A DNA stretch of 62,766 bases, filler included, from Basidiobolus ranarum (lineage: Eukaryota): NCBI GenBank assembly GCA_040143965.1. It is 33 parts of 33 records of this genome, joined end to end, with 100 filler letters (N's around TTAATTAATTAA, not from the genome) between each part and the next. Parts side by side here need not be neighbours in the genome. Positions count along the whole stretch, not along the records: positions 1 to 1,815 come from JASJQH010004278.1; positions 1,916 to 3,729 come from JASJQH010004279.1; positions 3,830 to 5,642 come from JASJQH010004280.1; positions 5,743 to 7,555 come from JASJQH010004281.1; positions 7,656 to 9,467 come from JASJQH010004282.1; positions 9,568 to 11,378 come from JASJQH010004283.1; positions 11,479 to 13,288 come from JASJQH010004284.1; 26 more parts are not named here. The stretch is one strand, 5' to 3'. Below are positions 1 through 12,299 of this stretch, piece by piece. Made by a program: the position numbers and the translations under genes. The notes beneath the pieces are model-generated. The model worked only from the letters and a program-made list of their open reading frames with translations. It ran no database searches and had not been told where the DNA came from. How positions within the stretch are numbered: position 1 is the stretch's first letter; the number at the start of each line of letters is the position of its first letter.

Positions 1-465
1 TTTGATTTTTTCAAGCATTTTCCCCATTGATCCAAACATTGATCCTGTCTCAAATGGCTCATTCATATTGAATTTTCCACTATATAGCTGAGTAAGTAGT
101 ATCAGAATGTTGTTGAATAGTATGTGCATAGTGCCTAATTGGAAACTCTGACTCCAGCTGATCCCTCTTAGCAATATAATCTTAGGCTTGCAGCTAATAC
201 CATGTTAGATGTTAGACTGACTATTTGGTGAATCAATATCAGTGATCATGTTAAAATCTAACCAAGCTCTTGATGGTAAAATCATGGAGTTTAGTGTTGT
301 ATTTGGATAGTAGTAATGTGTATGCCTGAGAGAGTAAACTCCATTGATTTGATAAAATCTACTGCAAGATAGTTCATTGTTCCTGCAAAAACCTCCAAGT
401 TTACTGATGGCAGGAGTGTCACCAATTTATATAATGATATTAGCTTTAATAAGATATTCACCTTA
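1..465 (-). mobile_element. Degraded CACTA/En-Spm-like transposase fragment
   Basis: Reverse complement matches the transposase region at about 14060-14510 (DTPAISKLGGF..C..C region), with frameshifts. Confidence 0.7.
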
Positions 466-640
466 GGTCTCCCCAAAACTCTCATTATGAGAGTCCCCAG
501 GCACTCACTTCCTTGGTGGAACAAAGGTTCAGGCATTCATCAGGCAATGGGAACTATTCTGCCAAGTTTACAAAGTTCCTCAAGACAGAATGGCTGATTA
601 TTTTTATTATTAATATGATATTATGATAGCACTTGAAGAC

Positions 641-973
641 TGTTGAAATGAGGTAAATAGCAACTCATTATTTAGTCTGATCATTTAGCACTCAATTCTG
701 ACATTCAAAAATGTGTGTTTAATGCTCTAATTGATTGATATATCAATTGGATCACTGTTACCAATTTTCACCTTTTCTCAAAACTTCTCCATATCACCTC
801 AAATTTTCACCCATGCTTAACAGGCACTTTTGTTATGATCTAAACATGTCCTATAGTCCTATTTCATAGTAAACTATAAATAGGTTGGATTCAATTTAAT
901 AAAACTCAGGTGTCTAATTCTTAAATCCAAATCTTGTACAAAACACTTTCAAGTCCCCTAAACACTTTCATCA
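641..973 (+). mobile_element. Copia LTR family A, solo LTR
   Basis: TGTTGAAA...ATCA ends. Homologous to 11940-12291, 16250-16600, 38375-38726 (rc), 38997-39344 and about 55500-55700 (partial). Confidence 0.85.
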
Positions 974-1815
974 CATACTTACAAAAGTAGATTAAGAAAC
1001 TACTGCCAATCAACCACTGACATTTCCTCTGTTGCCAGCATGAAGAAAGCCCTTCTAGCCAGTCAGGAGAACTCAACACTGATGAGGATGCTTCAGAAGA
1101 GCAGTGAGCAACAGCAACCAAGCCCAAAAGAACCTTTAACATAAAGTAGAACAATTGAAATTGAGCAAGAACTATCCAACATTCTCCAACTGAGGAACTA
1201 AGACCTACTGGTACACAGAAGGCAAGATTTTCTGAGCCCAAAGTTGCTGTTGAGAAAATTCCAAAGTCATCATCAAGGACATCTGGGGAAATATCTTGAC
1301 AGCCTAACTAACAGATGCAATCAAAGAATAGCAAGAAGGCAGATCCTAAGGCACCCACCCAGAGAATCTGAGACCCTTACTTTTTGGTCACAATTGGAAA
1401 ACTTGTTGCTGTTTCACTCACAGTCAGAAACTACCTAGATGACAGCATATGTGCTAGGAAACAAGCTATAGATCTACCCTGTGCAAAAATGATAAACACA
1501 TCACATGATGAACCACTTCACAAGATCATAAAGGAAGCACCTATATTGACATTCTACTCAGTGACTACTTCTATAGTTGGTAGAACTGCACATGAAGACT
1601 TTATACAATGCCATATTGATACTGCGTCAGAGATCTGTGCAAAGCCAATGGATTTCTAAAAGTTATTACCATTCAAACTTTTGCTTCCAGTATATACTGA
1701 TATTCACTGGAATTTGTGTGAAGCCAACACTGGAGTCTCCTCACTCTTATGGGTTATTCATGAATTTCCTACCAACATACAAGGAGTAGAGCACACTATT
1801 CCTGTTTTTATCTGC

Positions 1816-1915
1816 NNNNNNNNNNNNNNNNNNNNNNNNNNNNNNNNNNNNNNNNNNNNTTAATTAATTAANNNNNNNNNNNNNNNNNNNNNNNNNNNNN
1901 NNNNNNNNNNNNNNN
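1816..1915. other. Artificial contig-joining spacer N44-TTAATTAATTAA-N44 (first of 32; last at 60870-60969)
   Basis: Identical 100-bp spacer about every 1.9 kb, with stop codons in all six frames. The intervening segments decrease steadily in length from 1815 to 1797 bp. Confidence 0.99.
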
Positions 1916-2995
1916 GCTAATTCTCACATTATTCACATATATATATAATATATGTTCCAATTTTCAGCTAAGTGATATTTGACTAAGTAATGTTAACTAA
2001 CTTATATGTGATATATGAAATAGTTAAGTGTATAAAGATAGCGATAATGAATATGATAAAGATAATAAACTTCAACATGGACTTGATTAACTTGGAAATT
2101 TTGGTATCAGAGAGTCTGTAGGCCTTAGGTTGAGCAGAATAACCAAGAAATATGCATTTCTTACTTTTTGGATCAAATTTAGACCAATTTCTGGTCATAA
2201 TTTTGACATAAGCAATGCTTTCAAAGTTCCTCAAATGTTTTACTTCAGGTTTGACTCCAAGCCAAGCTTTATAAGGTGTAGAATTGGACAGACTTCTAGT
2301 AATATTCCTATACTTCATACATACAGCTGTAGCAACAGATTCCACTCAAAGGTTGTGAGATAAATTTTATGCATTTATCATAGATCTTGCCATTTCTATT
2401 TTAGCCCTGTTAGCTCTTTCAGCAGCTGCATTTTTTTTGAGGTGAATAGCAGGTAGTAGTTTTTTGCTAATTCCAAGAACTTTGCAGGAGTGCTTAAATA
2501 TTGTTGAATTATATTTTCAACTATTTTCAGTACATCTCTTCTTGAATTTAGTCCCAGGTTCAGTCGCCACAAGTGTTTTAAAATCTCTAAAGACAGAGAG
2601 AGCTTTTTCTTTTCTTTCCATCATGTGGACCCAAGTGTATCTTATATAATCACCAATAAATGTGATTAAATATCTTTTTTGGCAAAAACATAAAGTTTCA
2701 ATTGGTCAACACAAATCTGAATGAGTTAGATCCAATTTTCTGACACATTTGATTAAATCAGAACTCTTGAATGGTTGCCTGTCCTGTTTTCCATATATTC
2801 AACCTTTGCAAGTTTCCATTTTGGTTGGGGGATTAATTTGAATTCCTGAAATTATGCAATTTTTTATCACTTTGCTCAAATAATCAAATTCAACAAGGCC
2901 TAATCACTTATGCCCTAATTGAGTAGTTTTTTGATTGGAATAACTTATGTTTACACATAAACCTCTTGGATTATAAGTAGGTTTGTATAAGTTCT
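1916..2995 (-). mobile_element. Copia GAG-pre-integrase/integrase remnant interrupted by partial LTR family C (1916-2076)
   Basis: ORF 1983-2345 contains TPYKAWLGVKPEVKHLR..SKFDPKSKKCIFLGYS, a copia integrase C-terminal motif. Closely resembles 57174-58280. Confidence 0.85.
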
Positions 2996-2999
2996 GATC

Positions 3000-3729
3000 C
3001 CCTAACAAAAATAAAAGCAATTTGATCCAGATGAGATCCACCCTCCAAAAGAGTAAAACCATCAGAGAACTGTCACAATATTGGTGGCTTTCACTCTGCC
3101 AGGGATTTTGATGGTGTGACCATGGTTTCTTGATGGTATTCTGACAGTATCCATACATGTTAAAATATTGATCCTCAAATTTTGCATGTGTTATTCAATA
3201 TCTGGCAATTTTGCAAAATGTAATTTTCAAATGGCAAATTGCTGGGTTTACTGCTGTAAGAATTTGAATTAATATGCATGCCTTTATTTAGATATTTTTG
3301 GCTTTGTATTCCAGCCATAATGAGAAGCAAGAAATACCAGAATCTTGTTATGTTTAGTCTCTACATATTCACATACTTGACTGATTAGACATAACTCAAC
3401 AACATCAATATGCTTTACCAGCAAACTAATGGTGGAAAAATTGCTAAACATCTAAAATTTTGAATAGCACTGACACTTGGCAAATAGCTGACTCTTGTTA
3501 CCATTCACAATGAGAATAAGCTCTTGGATTTTGGCAAATTTCCGTAAAGAATTCAGCCAATATATCCCTGACTTGCAGTCAACAAATGTCCTGCCATAAG
3601 TAGATGTGTCATTGCTTGAATAGATTACCCCATGGCTAAAACAATAATACTGCGTATCTCCATCTATCTCACCAAGAAGTCTGTCTTGCAGCTTTCCTAA
3701 GAATACCGTCAGATTATCACACAAGCAAA
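3000..3729 (-). mobile_element. CACTA-like element, 3' coding region remnant
   Basis: Same sequence recurs at 15945-16860 (+, downstream of the transposase), 18405-18875, 39510-39967 and 55276-55500. Confidence 0.6.
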
Positions 3730-3829
3730 NNNNNNNNNNNNNNNNNNNNNNNNNNNNNNNNNNNNNNNNNNNNTTAATTAATTAANNNNNNNNNNNNNNN
3801 NNNNNNNNNNNNNNNNNNNNNNNNNNNNN

Positions 3830-4286
3830 TCTTGACACCATTTACATATGTCATAATATCTGAATCCTCAGACATACGAGAGTTTAAGAATTTTCTTCAT
3901 AGCATCATCAAGTGAGCAAGCCCTTTTTGCTCATGATGTTCCACTAGGATTTCCCATGCATTCTTGGCAGAGTCAGCATCTCTGACTAGCATAAGTTGTT
4001 TTGATCCCAGTCTTGGACATATTTCCCTAAATGCCAATCTGTCTTTTTCTTTCAAGGTTGCCCTGGCTTCTTTACATGTTGGCTTCTCTGTATCAGTGTC
4101 AGAATCTAAACTTTCTTTATCAGAAGTTTCTTCTTCTTCATCTAGTTGAACTACTTCCTCAACATGTTTCCCTTCAAGCACAAGTTGCATCTTAAATTTC
4201 CATACATTGAAATCTTCCCCATTGAATGTTGGAATATTAGTAATCTCTTTTTGGGAAGAAGACTCTAATTCACCCACTGCTACCAT
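3830..4286 (-). mobile_element. gag: Copia gag N-terminus (family D), degraded
   Basis: IPTFNGEDFNVWKFKMQLVL...SAKNAWEIL is a copia gag (UBN2-like) N-terminal motif. It directly follows LTR D and a PBS. Confidence 0.85.
4272..4285 (-). promoter_or_regulatory. Conventional primer binding site TGGTAGCAGTGGGT (tRNA 3' end, probably iMet)
   Basis: Begins with TGG immediately after the LTR terminal CA and resembles the complement of iMet tRNA ...CUGCUACCA. Confidence 0.65.
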
Positions 4287-4601
4287 GTTGGAGGATCTTG
4301 ACATAATGGGGGTAGACTTGGTATATTAGAAGTAACTTATGATAGTTTGCTTTAGTTACTTTATTCTTAAGAGTTTATGGTGACTTATATAGAATAAAAG
4401 TAAAGCAATTGTTTGAGAATTCAGGAGTTTGTGCAATAAAATTTAATAGATAAGTAGGGGTAATAAGACATACTTGTTATATAGATATAGAGATATTCCT
4501 ATTTAGAATATAGTGGCTATAGATACGTTGCTTTCTGTCTCTGATATATGTATCACAACTAGAGTTAATTAAGATGCTGAATAAAGATTAATTATCCAAC
4601 A
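4286..4601 (-). mobile_element. Copia LTR family D (5' LTR, 316 bp)
   Basis: TGTTGGA...TCCAACA inverted termini. Copies at 58281-58597, 30280-30452 (partial) and 49368-49475 (partial, opposite strand). Confidence 0.9.
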
Positions 4602-5030
4602 ATAGCTTAATACTTCACTATCCTATATTGCCTATTGCTCTTAATTGGAATATACTTGGAATACTTTTATCAATTTAGAAGTTCTCAGAAATATTGATTT
4701 TTCAAGCTTCAAAATACAAGCAAGATACCAGGTAGAGTGTGTCAAGAAAGGTCCCAGAACCATGTGTACAAAGTTTTGGGCTTCTATTATATGTTTGAAA
4801 AATTAATATATCTGAGAACTTCTATGTAAGTGTCAATATTCCAAGTCAATTCCTTATAAGAATAATGGGTAATATCATTGTGAAATATAGGATAACTAAA
4901 TAATAAGCTATATATTACCATATGAATGCTTAGGCAATGCTAATTTCAACAAATAAATTAACAAGTGAAAACCATTAATTTCTCTATTTCTCCAAACTAC
5001 TTCCAACAACCTCCCAAAATAGTTTAACAG
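4602..5030. mobile_element. Jumbled copia LTR family B fragments in both orientations
   Basis: Pieces match LTR B at 32600-32945. Confidence 0.7.
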
Positions 5031-5742
5031 TATTCACGTTTATATGCTAATTGAAAATTTTGAAAATTTATTGATCTATATTCCAATGCTTGAAATATAG
5101 AAAATTTATTTATCAATCATCCCATCACCATATTCTAATCTACAGGGAAATATTTCTAATAAATACTAATGAGAGATCCCAAATTCTTACAAATCGGATT
5201 ATTTTTACCAAGAAATAAATTAACATTCCAAGATCACAGTTAATAAAAATCCAACAAAATTCATGATTTTTAAAATATTCTTAAGAGATTATTAGAGTAT
5301 TCAATATGCTATAAATTGAACTATCCGTTTACTAGAAAATCATTTTAATGGTTTTTCAAATGGTTAAGTTTAAATAATCATTTCCAATTGAATTATATAT
5401 GGAAATGTTGATGACAAATTAAAAATTCTTTATAAGTGAAAGGAATTCAATCGAATTTTCTTTCATTTTCTATTTATATAGTGATTCTAGAACGGGATTT
5501 AACTTGTGCGATACAGGGGCGTTGGAAAGATGAGGGGGCGGGGGGGTAAAATATGGGCATTGGCAAGGGAGAGAATTAAAATAAATTAAGATAAAATATT
5601 TTTAAAAAAAATAATGATACAAAATTTTAAAAATATATAATANNNNNNNNNNNNNNNNNNNNNNNNNNNNNNNNNNNNNNNNNNNNTTAATTAATTAANN
5701 NNNNNNNNNNNNNNNNNNNNNNNNNNNNNNNNNNNNNNNNNN

Positions 5743-6021
5743 GCGAGCATCACCCCACCACTCCGTATGCTGGCAAGTGAGCTCATAGTAGCGGGCATCA
5801 GCCCAGTCGGTACATTGGCCATTGTTGAAGCGGAAGCTGCGAGAGCAAGAGGCCAGCACGCTGATATTAGCGAGTTTACTGGATGTGCTAGCTACCTCAG
5901 TTTGGTTTGAAGAATTAGGAGCAGCAACTGTATTGTGAGTTGGTAGGGCTTCAACGGAAGAGGCTATGAAAGTGGCAGCTGCGAGAAACACGCAAGATAA
6001 AGGAGATGTAAGATTGACCAT
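5743..6021 (-). CDS. Secreted CHAP-domain peptidoglycan hydrolase, N-terminal half (runs off the contig end)
   Basis: Signal peptide (CVFLAAATFIASSVEA-LP) and S/T/N-rich linker, then NGQCTDWADARYYELT...WWGDAR, matching the CHAP catalytic Cys motif GQCT and the downstream WG-N/D-A motif. Confidence 0.85.
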
Positions 6022-6087
6022 TTTGATGTTTAGTAGTAAGTTTCTAACAGTAAGCCAGTACTACTTATAACTTAGCTTCGATCCCGC

Positions 6088-6094
6088 TTATATA
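6088..6094 (-). promoter_or_regulatory. Candidate TATA box of the CHAP gene
   Basis: TATATAA on the minus strand about 70 bp upstream of the ATG at 6021. Confidence 0.5.
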
Positions 6095-7290
6095 CATTTT
6101 TCTTGCCTCCACCATCCATTTGAGTTAGTAATCATTCTATGTGACTCACAGGTCCCAGTCCACAGTTTTTTATTATTAAAAATGAAAGGGCCTCGGGAAC
6201 CATAAGAAGAAACTTTGGGATTGCCAAAGATATAAATTTCAATTGTGAACAAATTTCTGGAGCTATTTACGATGCAATCTGATGTGGCTTTGAAAGACCA
6301 TTTGTGAAAGTATAGACTGTGACCAGTAAGGCAATTACGTTAATCGTAGGCAGTTCAGTAATCATTAGAAAATACGAGTGCCTAGTATTAAGCTGGATGT
6401 TGGGGCTCATATTGAATTTGAGTTATATAACTTGTACTGCAGTGTAAACAGTTGATTGAGAAAAAGGTATCTTTAATGACGACCAAGGTAGTAACGAATA
6501 TCAGTATAATCAGTAAAATATACAATATCAACTCACTTAAAAAATGGGAGGCAAGTATTGGTGAGTTTATGTTGTGTACAAGTTACATCACGTTGCTTCA
6601 ATGACTTGAAACGACAATTGCAGTGAGATTTTTTCGGGTTCTTCAATCAAAGTGGTTCCGGTGTGTATGCACCAATGAGTTTCATTCAGCTCTCATGGGT
6701 TGAAAATTACAACTGTAACATGACCTTTAGGGAAGTTTGCCCGGATATAAATCAGTGCTCCCGTATAGATAGCAATAAGTTCTATTCAGTCTGTTAATTT
6801 ATAGATCCCGATCCATACGTCCCAATCATATTTTTCTTTATATCGTAAATAACCCAATAGAATCAAAATGAGAGTGTTGTTCTTTACTATCGTGACTAAA
6901 AGGATCCAGTTTTGTGGACTTAATGTATAGAGAATGATTCAAAAGCGCATCTCCATGAAGCAACTGATCGAGCCATCTGAATCTGATTGAAAACTATTTG
7001 ATCCTAATTTGGATAAAAGAAATCTAGATTTCATATTTTCAACCTACTCATGTTCACTAGGTAATCGGACAATAAGGGTGTGAACTGGTGATTGAAATTA
7101 TGAAATCTATTTATATACAAAATCACTTAAAACTAGACAACTTGATCAGAAATTTTAACCATTCGCATTATGATACCACGTTGTGAATGAGTAGAATATT
7201 TATTATTTGCGCTTATTGAGCATGAAGTTTGAAATCTGCACAGCAGATAGTTTGTCTATTCTGAATTTCTTTTAGGCCTTAACAACGATT

Positions 7291-7555
7291 CTATTGATGC
7301 CAGAGGAAGGATACTCCACTGCCAGTATTGAAGTTTCCATAGGATGTAGAATAAACTCCGCCTTGCCCGTTGAACTTGTAGTTCCAGTTACTGGTGTACA
7401 CGCTTCCATCATTATTTATACGCTCTACAACGGCGACATGCCCTGTTGATCCACAGCCTTGATAGCCTGGCTGAATGACAATGATGGAGGGAACGCGTGG
7501 TTGACTAGAGACAACCCATCCGTTGACATTGCGGGCACTGTTGGGCCAGGTGCGA
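7291..7555 (-). CDS. CHAP-domain hydrolase, C-terminal half of an upstream tandem copy (absent from the ORF track)
   Basis: Manual translation of 7554-7291: RTWPNSARNVNGWVVSSQPRVPSIIVIQPGYQGCGSTGHVAVVERINNDGSVYTSNWNYKFNGQGGVYSTSYGNFNTGSGVSFLWHQ*. GHVAVVE is the CHAP catalytic His motif. Confidence 0.88.
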
Positions 7556-8389
7556 NNNNNNNNNNNNNNNNNNNNNNNNNNNNNNNNNNNNNNNNNNNNT
7601 TAATTAATTAANNNNNNNNNNNNNNNNNNNNNNNNNNNNNNNNNNNNNNNNNNNNACTGCTAGGAGATCATGAAGTCAGAAAATTTGCTTCCTTTATAGA
7701 ACAAGCTGAGAAGCCCTCCCTTGCCTACAAGGAATACTTGGTGGACCTTTGGCAGCAATATCTTCAGAAACACACTCCCTTTATGCTTTATGTTAATCCT
7801 AGTCTCATTCCACTAATTTCAATTGTTGACAAACCATTTTTACCTTTGTTACTCCCTCCCACTCCACTTAATAGTGTCTTAGACTCTACTGACTTAACTT
7901 TTCTACTTTGCAACATTCATACCAATACTCCTGATCTCCATACATTAGTTAAGAAACTACAAAAGTAGTTATGCCTTCTTTGTTTTGTTTGAAAGAAAGA
8001 TTTCACCTGTTGGTGACTGTCTCCCCCCCTAAGTGACATTGCTATCATCCCCTTGAATGTCAGATAGATGACGTAAGTTGGCAAGTAAGAGAAGGGTTGT
8101 GCCGTAAGATATATTCAGAGAAAGTGCCTACCAGATGATACTATCTCACCTTTTCTAAAGCTGATAAAAAGACTTCATCGTTGTGGAGCTACTTTTCGCT
8201 TCTGATGTGCGTAAAGCCTTTATCCACCATTAGATATTCTTGAATCTCACAGGAAAAATGCAGCGCAACCGCTACTCGGATACTTCTGGATTGGAATTGG
8301 AAAAGATTTATTTACCACCTTTAAAATTCTATCATTAACGTTATTATACTAAAATTTATCTTCATAACAGCCCGACTTGAATAACCAGA

Positions 8390-9467
8390 TTACCCTTCTA
8401 GAGTACCACTCTCACCCTTTTCCCAATCACCTAATCTAAGAGTCTTGATCTTGCGTCTGGTCCAAAGTACCGAAGTAACCCCCGGAATTATGATCCAAGC
8501 AGTGATAACTAGCCAATTGATCCACATCTTATCTATCAGCGATCCATAAAAGATGCTTCGCATCCCACGGACACCGTAATGCATCGGAAATGCCACGCCT
8601 ATTCTAGCAAAACCTGGCTGTAGCTCTAAAGCGTAAATACCTCCGGAGGTAGTCAACTGCAAGATCATGAATAACGCACATGGGATTTGGAAGAGTTCGA
8701 ATGTGAAGAGATTTGCGGCCAGAAAAAGGATGCTTTGAAAAGACAAGCTAGTATACCACAAAAAGGCAATGGCGTACCCAGCATTTTTCCATTCAAACTG
8801 GTGATGCCTTAGGCTAACAAATGGTACAATGAGGATAATACTTTGCATTAAGGTCAAGAATGCTGTGATTAATCTCCAGGTTATCACGACACGAAATGCG
8901 GGGTACCTCTTTGACTTCAGCATGTCGCCAATTCTCGATAACCTGTATACCATAGCCACTGTTAAGAGGCAAACAAGGTATGAGACAACAAAGGTCAGGT
9001 AGCTTGCAAAATTGGACCCGTAATTTTGTACAGGATGAAGTGCCGTTTCATGTATTTCAAGCAGATTTGCCCAAAATATTGGATCAAAAGCTTGAACTAG
9101 TACAGGGCCTGCCTTACTGGATAGAAACTGACTCGCTAGAGAAGTAGAGAACGATGAAAACACCAGCGACTTGGCGTCGCATAAGAACATCTGGGTGTTC
9201 GGATTTCGGCCTTGATCAAAGATCCATTCCGCTTCCCAAGGATGGCGAGTAGCACGGTTAGTCGCGGACAAGAAATTCTGCGAAAAGTTCGATGGGATGT
9301 ATAGCAGAGCCCAGGAGGCTCCGCGGCTCACATGCTCCATTGCCTGATCTCTAGATGTGGTGTCCGGCAGCTGATTCCACTCGAGGGAGTGATAGATAGG
9401 AAGGGCGGGATCCATTATAGTGCCAGCAATAAAGGCTCCTGCAGTGTGTCCATTGAAGAGCTTAGCG
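8390..9467 (-). CDS. DUF3533 / Sng1-like (YhgE/Pip, ABC-2-type) multi-pass membrane protein, 5' truncated
   Basis: Open frame to the contig edge. Soluble domain with WALLYIPSNFS..F, then about 6 TM segments with LQLTTSGG...LQPGF.RIG.AFPMHYGV.GMRSI. Confidence 0.75.
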
Positions 9468-10505
9468 NNNNNNNNNNNNNNNNNNNNNNNNNNNNNNNNN
9501 NNNNNNNNNNNTTAATTAATTAANNNNNNNNNNNNNNNNNNNNNNNNNNNNNNNNNNNNNNNNNNNNTCTTGGAAGATTTGTCATATAATGAACATCACA
9601 AGCTGATTCGTTTTGTGGTAGAGCTTCAACCCCCCCTGACCAGAGATCAACATCTCCTCAACATAACCGTTGGTTAATTGCCACTGCCATTGACACGTAA
9701 GTTCCTTTTTTGTCTTAATTCACTAGGGTGGAGAACATTGATTGCTTGCTTGAGTGTACTGCATGAATTGTCAATAGATCCACCAATTGCCTTGACGACC
9801 AGAGCTTCTATTGGATTCTCAACTCTTGTCTGAATCAACATACCTTAGTCCAATCCGAAGCGGTAACCTTTATTTGTCATAATAGATTCTAGACAGAGCT
9901 TTATACTGACAAATGGGCTGTTAATAGTCGACGTTTTCCGTGGCAAAGTATTCGGTGTAGATAACGGATGCACTCTGACGAGTCTCTTCTATTGGTAGTC
10001 CATCAGTAAATGAGATGATTGTATACAAACACAGCCTCTAGTACGCATGATACTTTCCACACTATTCGGCAACAGACTCCTATTAGACTTGACGTTCGAT
10101 CATCTAAGTAGCTTAGTACCAGCGAATGGATAGTCGTGTTAGCAAGTTACCATATGTCAAGTAAGTAATATATATGTAAGTATATTCATCAATCCGTAAC
10201 TATGATCCAAATATTCCTAACATAATGCATGCCAAATTTTGGAAATATAAACACAAAAGTAGATTCAATTTATTTTAATTGATTAAAGAAAATTTGGATT
10301 CTCTAAATTTACTGTAGTTTGACAAGTGGCCAACGAAAAAAAGAGAAAGAAATTCGAACAAATCAATCGAAAAGAGCAGTGGTAGATAGGGTTGACATTC
10401 ATAAATGATGCGGTTGAAGATACATAGGACAGAACAGCTAACATTAAGGGAGGGAATTCGAGAAAAAGGAAAGAGCGATACTAGTGTGACAAAATATACA
10501 AATGG

Positions 10506-11378
10506 TCAAGAATGCTCGAGATCAAACTCTGGTTCACCAGAGATCTCACTTGTATCCATGGGGATATGGTCTGAGGGCGAAGGGTCAACACTTATGTTTC
10601 CGCTTCCATTTCCATTCTGAGACCAATCCTGATCAAAGTCCATTCCGTTCTCCACCAAAGTTGTATTGGAAGGATTGTTGGCACCAGTGATGGAGCCAGG
10701 CTCGGGGGGAGATACAGTACCATCGGAATTGAATACACACCCAGTTACCAACTCAAGCTCCTCTCCATCCCTTAGGACCTTGATAGTTTTAGTGTTGTAA
10801 GAGTTGCAGCTGGCACATTTATGATATAAAAAGTGATATTTGGCAACACTCTTCTTCTCGCAATCATTACATAGAATGATCGAGCGGTAGTTTTCGTACT
10901 GTGGCGGCATCTGTTGCGACTCCATCAGCGCATCTAAGCTTCGAAAGTACTGAGTCATATCTGCCAGTGATTTTAGACAAGTGGGGCACTGATAGGAGGT
11001 ACGAACATATCTGCGATGACACATATAATGTATACAATGCCCGCAAGGCTTTGTTTTTGAGTTTGGTGAATAAATATTGACAACAAGTAGCAATTGGTCA
11101 AATCAACATACCATGAAAATAACTGTGGTTGTAGAGGTAAACATATATTCTCCACAAATAGGGCAATCACTTTCCAGATTTCTCTCGATACATTTATGTT
11201 TGCTTCTGAGGGAGATCGCCATGCACACATTACATTTCTTACAATGGAAGTAGTCCTTGTCTAATCCTTGGCCAACTCTGCAGATCCCACAATCTGGGCA
11301 ATGATAAATGCTTTTGTTTGGTGTGTCATCCCTTGCGGACGGGTGTTCGGGCATTTTGAGCGGGGCTGCAACCTCTAT
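10506..11378 (-). CDS. RCHY1: RING and CHY zinc finger E3 ligase (Pirh2/RCHY1-like), 3' part; 63-bp intron at 11049-11111
   Basis: IYHCPDCGICRVG..DYFHCKKCNVC..HKCIE..DCPIC.EYMFTS. A GTATGT...AAAG intron splices IFM to PCGHCIH. C-terminal ILCNDC..YHFLYHKC..C.SYNT zinc ribbon. Confidence 0.92.
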
Positions 11379-11478
11379 NNNNNNNNNNNNNNNNNNNNNN
11401 NNNNNNNNNNNNNNNNNNNNNNTTAATTAATTAANNNNNNNNNNNNNNNNNNNNNNNNNNNNNNNNNNNNNNNNNNNN

Positions 11479-12291
11479 GGGATGAACCCTTGATGATCAA
11501 AGATTAAAGACTGGGTATACTTTTCCCTATGTTCATGGAGCCATAACTTGGAATAGTAAGCAGCAACCACCTATAGCACTTTCCACTACAGAAGCAGAGT
11601 ATATGGCTGCCTCTGCCGCTACACAAGAGCTATGTGGTTAAGAAAGTCATTCACACACTTGAGACACATGCAATAATGTGCTATTACTGTATTTGAAAAT
11701 AATCAAAGTTGCATTTCATTAGCTAAAAACCCTATATTTCATGTTAGAACAAAACATATAGATATTAGGCATCATTTTGTTAGAGAAGCAATAGAGAATG
11801 TAATAATTGAACTTGTCTATGGCCCTACTGAAGAAATGATTGCTGATATCTTAATCAAATCTTTAGCTAAAGCACAATTTGAATTATCAATACATAAGTT
11901 AGGTTCAACAGAAATACAAAACAATTAGTTGAGTGTGAATATTGAAATTAGATAAATAGCAACTCATTATTTAGTAGTTAGTTTATTCATATTCTGATTG
12001 TTTAGAACTCAATTTTGTCATTCAAAAATGTGTGTTTATTGCTCTAATTGATAGAAATATCAATTGGATCACTTTTACCAATTTTCATTATTTTCTTAAA
12101 ACTTCTCCAAATCACCTCAAATTTTCACCCATGCTTAACAGACATGGTTGATATGATCTAAGCACATCCAATAGTCCTATCTCATAGTAAACTGTTAATT
12201 GGACATATTCAATTCAACAAAACTTAATTGTCAAGTTCACAAATCCAAATCTTGTCCAAAACACTTCTAAATCCCCTAAACACTTTTATCA
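11479..12291 (+). mobile_element. Copia RNase H end, PPT-like tract and 3' LTR family A (11940-12291)
   Basis: ALSTTEAEYMA and RTKHIDIRHHFVRE motifs, followed by TTGAGTGTGAA and the LTR. Confidence 0.88.
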
Positions 12292-12299
12292 AGGTGATG

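Noticed and set aside
7656-7968. Open frame at the contig edge
   Set aside because: No recognisable motif; cannot distinguish a gene end from a TE remnant.
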